A DNA stretch of 44,358 nt. Source: Kiritimatiellia bacterium. Lineage in GTDB: Bacteria > Verrucomicrobiota > Kiritimatiellia > RFP12 > UBA3636. The stretch covers positions 1-44,358 of the forward strand of contig JAFPBK010000010.1 in NCBI GenBank assembly GCA_017424105.1, written 5' to 3'. The translations under genes and the position numbers were made by a program. The notes beneath the pieces were generated by a model that worked only from the letters and a program-made list of their open reading frames with translations, was not told where the DNA came from and did not search any database. Below are positions 18,701 through 26,733 of the stretch, in pieces. Numbering within the stretch: the first letter of the stretch is position 1; each line of letters starts with the position of its first letter.

Positions 18701-20332
18701 AAGACTTTGACATCTACAGCTGCACGTGCAATCAATGTTGATGGTGCAGATGGCGCAACAATCAAGAATCTAACAATTGTTACAACTGGTGAGCGTGGTA
18801 TTAACATCATTGGCGGTGCAACAAATGTTACAATTGACAATGTTGATGTTACAGCATTCAACTATGCAGTTAACGTAGCTGCTTCAGCTTCTGGTGCAGT
18901 TGTTACAATCACAGATTCTACACTAACAGGTCTAAATGCATTTAATGCAGGTGCTGCAAATGCAGAAGTTACAATTGCTGATTCAACAATTAACTGCAAT
19001 GACAATAGAGCAGGCGAGAAATTTGGTGCAATCTCCTTGAACCAGAATGCAGCTGGTACACAGGTTGTTGCTTCAAACGTAACATTCAACCTAAAGGATG
19101 ATTCAGTTGTAGCAATCAATGGTGCAAGCGATAAGGGTGCAACAATCATAATCAACGGCTCAACAGAAGCTGTTGAGAACATGGTTGCAGCAATTGACTG
19201 CGCTGGTGGTTACAGCAAACTATTCACATCATTAGCAGCTGCTATTGAAGAAGCAGAGGCTGGTCAGACAGTTAAGCTTCTAACAGATGTTAAAGCAACA
19301 GAAATTATTACAATCAACAAGGCAATCACACTTGATGGTAATGGTAAGACTCTAACATCAACAGCTGCTCGTGCAATCAATGTTGATGGTGCAAATGGTG
19401 CAACAATTGAGAATCTAACAATTGTTACAACTGGTGAGCGTGGTATTAACATCATTGGCGGTGCAACAAATGTTACAATCGACAATGTTGATGTTACAGC
19501 AGCAAACTATGCAGTTAACGTAGCTGCTTCAGCTTCTGGTGCAGTTGTTACAATCACAGATTCAATACTAACAGGTCTAAATGCATTTAATGCAGGTGCT
19601 GCAAATGCAGAAGTTACAATTGCTGATTCAACAATTAACTGCAATGACAATAGAGCAGGCGAGAAATTTGGTGCAATCTCCTTGAACCAGGATGCAGCTG
19701 GTACACAGGTTGTTGTTACAGGTTCTCAGTTCTATATCAAGGATGACTCTGTTGTTGCAATCAATGGCGCAAGCGGTAAGGGTGCTACAATCACAATTGA
19801 TGGCTCTTCTGACGCTGTTACAAGCATGGTTGCTGCAATCGATGAAGCAAATGGCTACAGCAATCTATTCACTACATTAGCAGGTGCTTTTGCTAAGGCA
19901 GATGCTGGTGAGACAGTTAAGCTAATCGCAAATGCTACAGAGGATGTTGCAATCGCAGCTACAACAATTCTTGACCTAAATGGTTTTGCAGCTACAGGTA
20001 CATTCACAATCACAGATGCAGCAGCTAAGTTCTATGCAGCTGAGGGTCTAACTGTTGCATCTGGCGTAGAGAACTACGTTGTTGTATATGCTGATGGTTG
20101 CTATTATGTAGAAGAGAAGATTGTTGAGTTCGCTCCAGTAGCAGTTGCTGCTATCGCAATCAATGGTGATACAGCTGAGCTAACAATCGCTGGCGAGTAC
20201 ACAGAAGTTAAGGTTTACTTCTGTGAGAACCTAGGCGATGAGTGGGCAGAGGTTTCTGCTGATTTTGATGGTAGCGTTGCAACAGTTTCTGCTACAACAA
20301 CTACAGGCTTCTTCAAGGTTGAGGCTCGTTAA
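15765..20332 (+). CDS. Giant secreted right-handed beta-helix repeat protein (adhesin/polysaccharide-binding-like). It is frame-shifted: the signal peptide is in frame 3 and the body is in frame 2.
   Basis: SD GAGGAA lies 7 nt before the ATG at 15765, which encodes MFSKLSKKILVVAGIAAMTTVMAG. The long ORF (track 15752) starts at a TTG inside that SD. One extra A in the A4 run 15837-15840 would join the two frames. NxxIxN/ITLDGNG beta-helix motifs are present. Confidence 0.7.
17326..19945 (+). repeat. Four and a fraction tandem coding repeats of about 612-645 bp inside the beta-helix gene.
   Basis: The landmark AAGGCAATCACACTTGATGGTAATGG recurs at 17423, 18062, 18674 and 19319. Units 3 and 4 are about 96% identical, with identical runs longer than 100 nt. 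Confidence 0.9.
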
Positions 20333-20370
20333 TCGTTGCTAAAACTTTAAGATAGAGCTTAAATAATAAA

Positions 20371-20405
20371 AGGCGTGGGCTTCGGTCCACGCCTTTTTAA
20401 TTTTT
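20371..20405 (+). terminator. Rho-independent terminator of the beta-helix gene.
   Basis: AGGCGTGG-GCTTCGGT-CCACGCCT stem-loop followed by TTTTTAATTTTT. Confidence 0.85.
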
Positions 20406-20583
20406 GCGAAGCGATTATTTTAAAGCAAGCTAGTTGGGGCTCGCATAAGATTGTACAAAATGTCTTAATTTTGCATCATAGCAGGACCTCTTATCTTGGA
20501 GCGTTAACAAGGTTTCATAAATTCATTCAGTTTCTAAATTAAAATAATACTGAATTTTACATTGTTAAAATGTGAAATATTTC

Positions 20584-20613
20584 TAGACAATTTTTTGATA
20601 AAATTGTTATAAT
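20584..20613 (+). promoter_or_regulatory. Sigma70-type promoter for the hldD operon.
   Basis: TAGACA, an 18-nt spacer, then TGtTATAAT (extended -10), about 45 nt upstream of the hldD ATG. Confidence 0.6.
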
Positions 20614-20657
20614 CGCTACATAAATAATTCATAAACCTTTTTTAGCTATTTTTTAAT

Positions 20658-21626
20658 ATGAAGACATATAAATTTATTGTTACAGGTGGTGCTGGGCTTA
20701 TTGGCTCAAATATCGTTTCTTTATTGAATGCACGTGGTGAAACAGATATCCTTGTTGTTGATCACCTTAATCACCCTGAAAAGCAAAAGAATCTAGATAA
20801 ACTTCAATTTGCAGATTATATGGATCGCGATGCATTCCGTGCTGCATTTATGGGTAATGAGATTGGCCCTGCATCAGGTGTGTTCCATTTAGGTGCATGC
20901 AGTTCCACAACAGAAACAAATCAAGCATATCTTGATGATAACAATACAGGCTATACAATTGATTTATGTAATTGGTGCTTGGCTAATGGAGCACGCTTTG
21001 TATATGCTTCAAGTGCTGCAACATATGGTGAGGGAGAATTTGGATATAGCGATTCTGATGAAGTTACACCTAAATTACAGCCATTGAATCTTTATGGTTG
21101 GTCCAAGCAGAAGTTTGACCTTTGGGCTATGGAGCATGGTGTTCTCAATAAGATTGCTGGCTTGAAATATTTCAATGTTTTTGGTCCAGGCGAAAACCAC
21201 AAGGGAGACATGCGCTCTGTGGTTAATAAGGCATATAAACAAATTGGCGAAACAGGTAAGATTTCTCTATTTAAATCTCATAGAGAAGGCTACGAGGATG
21301 GTGGTCAAGATCGTGATTTTGTTTATGTTAAAGATGCTGCACGCGTAACAGTATGGCTTTATGATCATCCCGAGGTAGGTGGTATTTTCAATTGTGGTAC
21401 AGGAAATGCACGCACATGGGTTGATTTGGCAAAGGCAATCTTCTTAGGTATGCACAAAGAGCCAAATATTGAGTTTGTAGATATGCCAATGCATTTGCGT
21501 GATAAGTATCAATACCATACAGAGGCAGAAATGCAGAAACTACGTGCAGCAGGCTGCGATATTGAATTTACAAAGCTAGAGGATGCTGTCGTAGATTATG
21601 TAAGAAATTATCTTGATAAGGAATAA
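20658..21626 (+). CDS. hldD: ADP-L-glycero-D-manno-heptose 6-epimerase.
   Basis: FIVTGGAGLIGSNIVSLLNARGETDILVVDHL...FADYMDRDAF closely parallels the HldD/RfaD N-terminus. The SDR YxxxK (YGWSK) is present. Confidence 0.85.
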   Translation: MKTYKFIVTGGAGLIGSNIVSLLNARGETDILVVDHLNHPEKQKNLDKLQFADYMDRDAFRAAFMGNEIGPASGVFHLGACSSTTETNQAYLDDNNTGYTIDLCNWCLANGARFVYASSAATYGEGEFGYSDSDEVTPKLQPLNLYGWSKQKFDLWAMEHGVLNKIAGLKYFNVFGPGENHKGDMRSVVNKAYKQIGETGKISLFKSHREGYEDGGQDRDFVYVKDAARVTVWLYDHPEVGGIFNCGTGNARTWVDLAKAIFLGMHKEPNIEFVDMPMHLRDKYQYHTEAEMQKLRAAGCDIEFTKLEDAVVDYVRNYLDKE

Positions 21627-21631
21627 TTTGC

Positions 21632-22411
21632 ATGGATTGGAAAGGAATACCCTTTACGGAAGTATTCAAACGAGATGCACATATCCATCTTCAGGAATAC
21701 AGCCATCTGCAATTAGATTTAGCAATAAGCAGAGCAATTGCTTGCGATATTGTTCGGTTTGATTGTTGTGGTACTGAGCCTGGAGATTGGAACCGCGTTT
21801 CCAATCTTGCAAAGCAATATCCTGATAATGTATTTCCTTATTTTGGTGTCCATCCTTGGTATGCAGAAGAAAGTGCTATTGATATAGAGTCTGATTTCTC
21901 TTTCCTTCGTTCAATGCTAGAGAAAATTCCTTATGCTGGCGTTGGAGAAATTGGACTTGATGCTAAGGTAGAAAATACAGATTATCAGGGTTTTATTTTA
22001 GACCAACAGTTAGAGCTCGCAAAGGAGCTTTGCCGACCTGTTGCAATACATAGTGCGGGTTTAATAGGTGAGTTATATGAGCATTTAAAGCCATATGCAG
22101 GTTGCTTCCCAGAGCTACTGATTCATTCTCCTTCTATGTCCTATGAGATGGCAGAGAAGTTTTTGAAGCTTGGAGCAGTTTTCTCTTTTAATCTTTTTGT
22201 TTTAAATGAGGATTTTGTGCGTATGCGCGAGATTGCTGCGCGTGTGCCTCCTGAGGCAATTCGCTTTGAAACAGATTCCCCACGTCGCATCTTGTCTGGC
22301 TATGAAGTGGCAGAGTTAAATGGACTTATTGGACCTGAGTGCATACCAGAGGTTCATAAAGAGGTGCTTGCGATACGTCGCCGCTATGCCTCACGTGGAG
22401 TATTGTCCTAA
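21632..22411 (+). CDS. TatD-family metal-dependent hydrolase.
   Basis: DAHIHL (HxH) at the N-terminus, GEIGLD, and later His/Asp motifs typical of the TatD/YcfH amidohydrolase fold. Confidence 0.7.
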   Translation: MDWKGIPFTEVFKRDAHIHLQEYSHLQLDLAISRAIACDIVRFDCCGTEPGDWNRVSNLAKQYPDNVFPYFGVHPWYAEESAIDIESDFSFLRSMLEKIPYAGVGEIGLDAKVENTDYQGFILDQQLELAKELCRPVAIHSAGLIGELYEHLKPYAGCFPELLIHSPSMSYEMAEKFLKLGAVFSFNLFVLNEDFVRMREIAARVPPEAIRFETDSPRRILSGYEVAELNGLIGPECIPEVHKEVLAIRRRYASRGVLS

Positions 22412-23484
22412 TGTCTTGTGGCAGAGTCATAGTAGGTGTCAGTGGTGGCGTTGATTCTTCCGTCGCTGCATTGCTGTTGAAGGATGCGGGTTATGAGGTG
22501 ATTGGCGTGACAATGAATATACGCCAATTAGGCAAATATCGTAGTGATATCAATAATTCTTGTTTTAGCATCGGAGGAGAGGAGTGCATAGCAGCTGCTA
22601 AGCAGACTTGCGATGCTATTGGTATTGAGCACTACGCATTTGATTGTGCTGCAGAATTTGAGGAGAAGATTCTTTCTTATTTTTCAAATGAATTTCTTTC
22701 CGGACGTACACCAAATCCATGTGTCCATTGTAATCGTCATATAAAATTCGGACTTTTGCCCGAAGCAGTGAAAGCTAGTGGAATAGCTTTTGATTATTAT
22801 GCAACAGGGCATTATGCTCGCCGTAGCCCTATTGGTGCTGCTAAGGTTCAGTTGCTTAAGGGAGCTGACCCACGAAAAGATCAATCATATTTTCTTTATA
22901 ATATTACAAAAGAGCAACTCTCTCAGCACCTTTTCCCATTAGGTGATTATACAAAACCAGAGATTCGTGCTATTGCAGAAAAATATGGTTTAGTTTCCGC
23001 AAAAAAGGCGGACAGCCAAGATTTTTATCGTGGGGATCGCCGTGATTTGTTAGGAATAAAACCTAAGCGTGGTAAATTTATTCTTTCTTCTGGAAAGGTG
23101 ATAGGAGAGCATGCTGGCTATTGGAATTTTACAATTGGTCAGCGTAAGGGCTTGGAGATTGCATATTCTGAGCCACTTTATGTTCTAGAGATTCGTGCGA
23201 AAAGCAATGAGGTTGTTGTAGGCACTGGCAGTGAAGGAATACAACAAAGCTTTACAATTTCAGCATGTAATTGGTTGTCAATTGATGAGCCTAAGGTGTC
23301 AATGACTTGTGGGGTTAAGATACGCTCTGCACAGCCAATAATATCTGGTGCCGTAGTTACGCCATTGGAAGGAGGACGAGCTCAAGTGCAGCTTTCAGGA
23401 GATGGTATCCGTGGAGTTGCACCAGGCCAGGCCGCAGTTTTTTATGATGGCGATGTTCTTCTAGGTGGCGGCACAATAGATTAG
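22411..23484 (+). CDS. mnmA: tRNA 2-thiouridine(34) synthase MnmA.
   Basis: PP-loop VGVSGGVDSSVAALLL, TPNPCVHCN, DQSYFL. TAATG stop/start overlap with the upstream gene. Confidence 0.9.
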   Translation: MSCGRVIVGVSGGVDSSVAALLLKDAGYEVIGVTMNIRQLGKYRSDINNSCFSIGGEECIAAAKQTCDAIGIEHYAFDCAAEFEEKILSYFSNEFLSGRTPNPCVHCNRHIKFGLLPEAVKASGIAFDYYATGHYARRSPIGAAKVQLLKGADPRKDQSYFLYNITKEQLSQHLFPLGDYTKPEIRAIAEKYGLVSAKKADSQDFYRGDRRDLLGIKPKRGKFILSSGKVIGEHAGYWNFTIGQRKGLEIAYSEPLYVLEIRAKSNEVVVGTGSEGIQQSFTISACNWLSIDEPKVSMTCGVKIRSAQPIISGAVVTPLEGGRAQVQLSGDGIRGVAPGQAAVFYDGDVLLGGGTID

Positions 23485-23595
23485 TTGAAGCAGAGCAAAC
23501 ACTGTAGTCCTAATTTAAGCGTGCTAGCTAAAAGTGCGAAGTTTTTGACAGGATTAACAATAATTTTGTTTGGATTTGTGCGGATGTTGTGGCTT

Positions 23596-23700
23596 GTGTT
23601 GTGGCTAGGTGTTGTGTGTGCGTGGTGCATGATTCAATTATCTCGGAGCAGCCAGGCGTCGCCCTGGCTGGAGCACCAAGATGATGTCTCAGGATTAACG
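23596..23700. repeat. Intergenic repeat element, copy B.
   Basis: Collinear with 5975-6080. The hairpin 23649-23656 / 23663-23670 (CAGCCAGG..CCTGGCTG) carries compensatory changes relative to copy A. An extra CAGGATTAAC lies at 23549-23558. Confidence 0.7.
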
Positions 23701-23836
23701 TGTATTGGCTATCGCGGAATTAGTGAATTGTTATGGATATTGGTTATTGGGATTTGGGATTTAGGCTGGACTTTGGTGGAAAAGGCTGGATTAAACGCAA
23801 CTATGTGAGACTTATGTGGGATTTTTATACGAAAAG

Positions 23837-23885
23837 AGGGCTTCGCATTAGCAACTAAGCTGAACGCGAGCCCTTTATTGTTTTT
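23837..23885. terminator. Bidirectional hairpin terminator at the host/prophage border.
   Basis: AGGGCTTCGC...GCGAGCCCT stem. TTTATTGTTTTT follows on the + strand and CTTTTCG on the - strand. Confidence 0.5.
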
Positions 23886-23986
23886 GGGACAATTTCCAAC
23901 GAAATCTGCAAAAGTGCAATGGTTTTGGGAAATATAATGTTTGCGATTTTTGAAATCCGTAAAAATGCAATGTGGCTGGGACGAGT

Positions 23987-24607
23987 TTATTCCGCTAGAT
24001 AAATTACCTCATATTGAGGCTCTTCATCAGCTGGTTCAAAGACTGATTCGTCTGGCGTTGCACAACCTGTGCAGCCTACTAGAATAGATGCTGCAAAGGC
24101 TATGCAAATGAGCTTTCCAGAACCTAGTAATTTATTGTAGAGACCTCCCAATGCACGTACTGCATTATAATAGATTCTTGATACTAGAGAAGCACCCTTT
24201 TGCTTGAAGGAATTTGTTTGTTTTTTAGACTCCTGATAGAGCTTTAATCCGAAAACGTTATCACCTATTTTTCGGAGTTTGTCCCAGTCATAACCGAGGG
24301 CTATGAAGCTTGGGTCTGAAGCCATGTCGTTGAGGTGCTCGTACCACACATCGTGAGGAATGTAACCGCAGGCCATGTCAATAATGAATTTGTCAGGAGC
24401 TTTGGTAGCACCATCAATGCAATCTGCTTCTTTTTTGACATAGAATTGTTTGTTTTTGATATAGAAGTCATCGCAGTCAAAGTCTGGCATAGGTATTTTA
24501 AATGTACCAACAAAGTAATCAGATTTTAGGATGATTTTGTGGTCAGAATCCTCTTTTAGAGCTTTCTTTATATTATATATAATAGGTATAAGGGAATTTG
24601 TGTTCAT
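23987..24607 (-). CDS. Prophage accessory (moron) protein, DUF1353-like, with a C-terminal hydrophobic, lipobox-like segment.
   Basis: First ATG at 24607 (the track TTG is at 24628). ACGYIPHDVWYEH resembles the HD..Y motif of DUF1353. The C-terminus is LICIAFAASILVGCTGC. The gene is flanked by its own non-coding region and a terminator. Confidence 0.45.
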   Translation of the reverse strand: MNTNSLIPIIYNIKKALKEDSDHKIILKSDYFVGTFKIPMPDFDCDDFYIKNKQFYVKKEADCIDGATKAPDKFIIDMACGYIPHDVWYEHLNDMASDPSFIALGYDWDKLRKIGDNVFGLKLYQESKKQTNSFKQKGASLVSRIYYNAVRALGGLYNKLLGSGKLICIAFAASILVGCTGCATPDESVFEPADEEPQYEVIYLAE

Positions 24608-24649
24608 TTTTCGTTGACTTTCATACAAAATTTATGGTTAAATATTTGT

Positions 24650-24789
24650 GCTGGATGAGATTTGAGTAGCGTTATCGTCCATCCAGGTGGCTAGAGGCTA
24701 CACTACTAGTCGCCCCCTGCGTGTAATATGTGGGGCCCATACACTAATGTGAGATGGGGGGGGCTTCCGTCAGGAAGCCCGTTTTTTTT
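24650..24789 (+). ncRNA. Candidate prophage sRNA of about 140 nt (unknown family).
   Basis: Promoter: TTGACT (24614-19), an 18-nt spacer, then TGgTTAAAT. Several stems: 24651-57/24680-86, 24687-94/24706-13, CCCAT/ATGGG. Canonical terminator: GGGCTTCC-GTCA-GGAAGCCC plus T8 (24761-24789). No plausible ORF on either strand. Confidence 0.4.
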
Positions 24790-25486
24790 ATGTATTGATT
24801 CCGAAATGTCGTCTTACATAAGAAGCATCTGCTTTTAGGACACTATTGACTATCCCCGTTTTAGAGTCAATAATTATGTAAATACGTTTGCCATTCATGA
24901 TTTCTTGTCTTGTTTGATAAAGTATTGTCTGGTCTCTATGTGGTTGAATGTTTTTGAATGTAGGTTGCTTTATCAAAGCTAAATAAATTATGTTTTTCCT
25001 TTTCCCCTCTAATGGGTGCTTAACCTCTATTTTTGTTTTTAGAATATTGGTAAAATAACACTTGATACCACAAAAATTCTCTTCAAAGCCTTTCTCTAGA
25101 GCCTCTTCAATAGATACATTCATATCCATAATTACTCGGTCAGCAGTATAATGATCATTAGACGATTTATACTCTTCTAAAGCCCTTGCATAATGCTCTT
25201 CTTTTGAGATTCGTATCTCTTGAGAATGTTCTGGTTCTTTTTTCTCTATAGGTTTTAATCCTTCTGGAGGAGGACCACTATATCCACATTCATTACATTT
25301 TTTGCCATTGTAAAACCTTCCGCATTGACACTTGTAATAAGGGGTGTTCTTATTTGCTAATATTTGCTCGGGAACATATACACGCAGCAATAATCTTAGC
25401 ATGCGTTTCTTTTCTGCTATAGAACAGTCCTCTTTAAGTATGAGTTTTAGGTGTTTATAAGCAAAATAATGAGTTATTGCCTTCAT
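24788..25486 (-). CDS. Hypothetical zinc-ribbon protein (AT-rich accessory gene).
   Basis: The ATG at 25486 overlaps the upstream stop (TAATG). The ribbon is CQCGRFYNGKKCNECG. The C-terminal beta-rich segment is GKRIYIIIDSKTGIVNSVL. GC is visibly lower than in the neighbouring genes. Confidence 0.55.
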   Translation of the reverse strand: MKAITHYFAYKHLKLILKEDCSIAEKKRMLRLLLRVYVPEQILANKNTPYYKCQCGRFYNGKKCNECGYSGPPPEGLKPIEKKEPEHSQEIRISKEEHYARALEEYKSSNDHYTADRVIMDMNVSIEEALEKGFEENFCGIKCYFTNILKTKIEVKHPLEGKRKNIIYLALIKQPTFKNIQPHRDQTILYQTRQEIMNGKRIYIIIDSKTGIVNSVLKADASYVRRHFGINT

Positions 25487-25980
25487 TATAGAGCCTTTTC
25501 TTGGGATATTACATTTGTCCGCCATTTGCCAGACTTTGAAATTATAAGGAAGCGGAAGGCAACAGCCTTGTTTATAGCAGCGGCATCCCAGCCATGGTAA
25601 CCAGTTTCAATATTGTGGAAATCGCGTGTGGTTCTCGTTGTGCTTATCCAGTCGAATTTACCACCAAGCCAGCGGCCGTCAATCTTGCAAAACAAACATG
25701 CTATTGTTTCGCTTGCGTTATGAGCTCCATTCGCACCTAAATTTTCACATCCACCTTTAATCCACGAATAGGATAAACCATTAGATTTGACAGATAAGTC
25801 GGCTATTTCTACTTCGTTTAGATATGTTGCTCCTTCTCCATGGAACCCACCATAAACCCATTCCAACTCGTTGTATGCTTCTTCATCAGAAATTACTCGC
25901 TTATTTGAAGGAAGAGCTTCTTCTAGTTTGTCTTTGATTTTGAAGAGCGATTTTATTGCGTTAATGAGTTTCTTTAGCAT
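25486..25980 (-). CDS. Hypothetical protein (position suggests a lysis or accessory role).
   Basis: A perfect SD, AAGGAGG, lies 6 nt before the ATG at 25980 (the track start 26004 has none). No recognisable motif. Confidence 0.55.
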   Translation of the reverse strand: MLKKLINAIKSLFKIKDKLEEALPSNKRVISDEEAYNELEWVYGGFHGEGATYLNEVEIADLSVKSNGLSYSWIKGGCENLGANGAHNASETIACLFCKIDGRWLGGKFDWISTTRTTRDFHNIETGYHGWDAAAINKAVAFRFLIISKSGKWRTNVISQEKAL

Positions 25981-26386
25981 TTTTTGCCTCCTTAAGGTCT
26001 GCACGCATACCAGCTCCGATAATGTACTCTAGCGTATTGGTAGGTGCTGTTATTTGGTCGGTTGATTTAGTCATTTGGTTGATATAAAGTGCTGCTATTT
26101 CTATGTCAGACATTGTTGCGCATTCAACGATGTTGGAGCGAGTGTCGGATATAATCTGCTGAAACTGTAAAAGCATGAGATTTTCTTTTATGTCTGCCTG
26201 TTTTTTTACTAGTAAGTGTGCTGGCAAAGTTACTGAAGCAGCAGCTGGTGTTTTAGATAGAACTGCATCTAGCTGCTTCTCTGAAAGACCTCTAGCTAAT
26301 GGTTGTGGCGTTACGATTACATAGTCAGCGAAAACGAAATGAAGTATTAAAATAAATACAACACAAACAAGTAATTTAGTTTTCAT
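25961..26386 (-). CDS. Signal-anchored/secreted protein, spanin-like candidate.
   Basis: SD AAGGAG precedes the ATG at 26386. The N-terminus is MKTKLLVCVVFILILHFVFA and the rest is hydrophilic and helical. Confidence 0.45.
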   Translation of the reverse strand: MKTKLLVCVVFILILHFVFADYVIVTPQPLARGLSEKQLDAVLSKTPAAASVTLPAHLLVKKQADIKENLMLLQFQQIISDTRSNIVECATMSDIEIAALYINQMTKSTDQITAPTNTLEYIIGAGMRADLKEAKNAKETH

Positions 26387-26729
26387 TAGTGATCTCCTTG
26401 ATTGTTTCAACAATATTAGTAGAGTCAATCCATTCCGATGTCAGAGGTACGAATTTTCCGTTCTCGTAGCGGCCTATAAGTTTGACTTTAACTCCCTCTA
26501 TCGCCGGTGGTAGTGGCTCGTCTGGTTCGTCCGGCTCTTCCGGTGGGTTCGGTGGTGGTTCTTCTCCTCCACCTCCACCTTTTGAACCTCCATAAGCGAT
26601 CGCAAAGCCAAGCAACATAACCACAATCAAAAAATACTTTTTAGGTATCATCTTTTTAGTGATTCGTTCATGCATTCTAGCAATGCAAAGTGCCATTATA
26701 AAGCAAAGCAGAAATACAAATGTACTCAT
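26376..26729 (-). CDS. Two-TM membrane protein with a Gly/Pro/acidic linker (holin-like candidate).
   Basis: SD GAAGGAG is upstream. TM segments are FVFLLCFIMALCIA and YFLIVVMLLGFAIAYG, followed by GGGGGEEPPPNPPEEPDEPDEP. Confidence 0.45.
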   Translation of the reverse strand: MSTFVFLLCFIMALCIARMHERITKKMIPKKYFLIVVMLLGFAIAYGGSKGGGGGEEPPPNPPEEPDEPDEPLPPAIEGVKVKLIGRYENGKFVPLTSEWIDSTNIVETIKEITNEN

Positions 26730-26733
26730 CGCA

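Noticed and set aside
16438-19485. Series of 60-123-aa - strand ORFs antisense to the beta-helix repeat gene, plus a + strand ORF at 19692-19880.
   Set aside because: They recur with the same period as the coding repeats and are Ala/Val/Ser/Thr-rich mirror translations of GCN/GTN/ACN-rich codons. They have no independent starts or SDs.
17326-19945. Regular repeats that might suggest a CRISPR array or satellite.
   Set aside because: The period is about 630 bp, fully in-frame and protein-coding (beta-helix modules). There are no short repeat/spacer units and no cas genes.
20299-20332. A GFFK motif shared by the beta-helix protein C-terminus (TTTTGFFKVEAR*) and the prophage signal-peptide protein (…TQSGFFKATTSV…, about nt 26890-26925), suggesting a common sorting tag.
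   Set aside because: It is a four-residue match, internal in one protein and terminal in the other. That is insufficient to claim homology.
23485-23808. 107-aa + strand ORF (TTG start) directly after mnmA.
   Set aside because: It lies entirely over the GT-rich intergenic repeat (copy B) and the short-repeat junction. It has no SD, an odd Trp/Leu/Gly-rich composition and no ATG start. It is most likely a by-product of the repeat's base composition.
24761-24789. The hairpin interpreted as the terminator of the - strand Zn-ribbon gene.
   Set aside because: On the - strand the stem is followed by CCCCCCCATCTC, not a U-tract, and the next - strand gene still needs transcription. The T8 tract is on the + strand side, so it is scored as the 3' end of a + strand RNA. 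Bidirectional function cannot be fully excluded.
23809-24790. tRNA/tmRNA gene as the prophage attachment site.
   Set aside because: No cloverleaf, T-loop (GTTCRANYC) or CCA-type 3' end was found by eye on either strand here or in the other intergenic regions.
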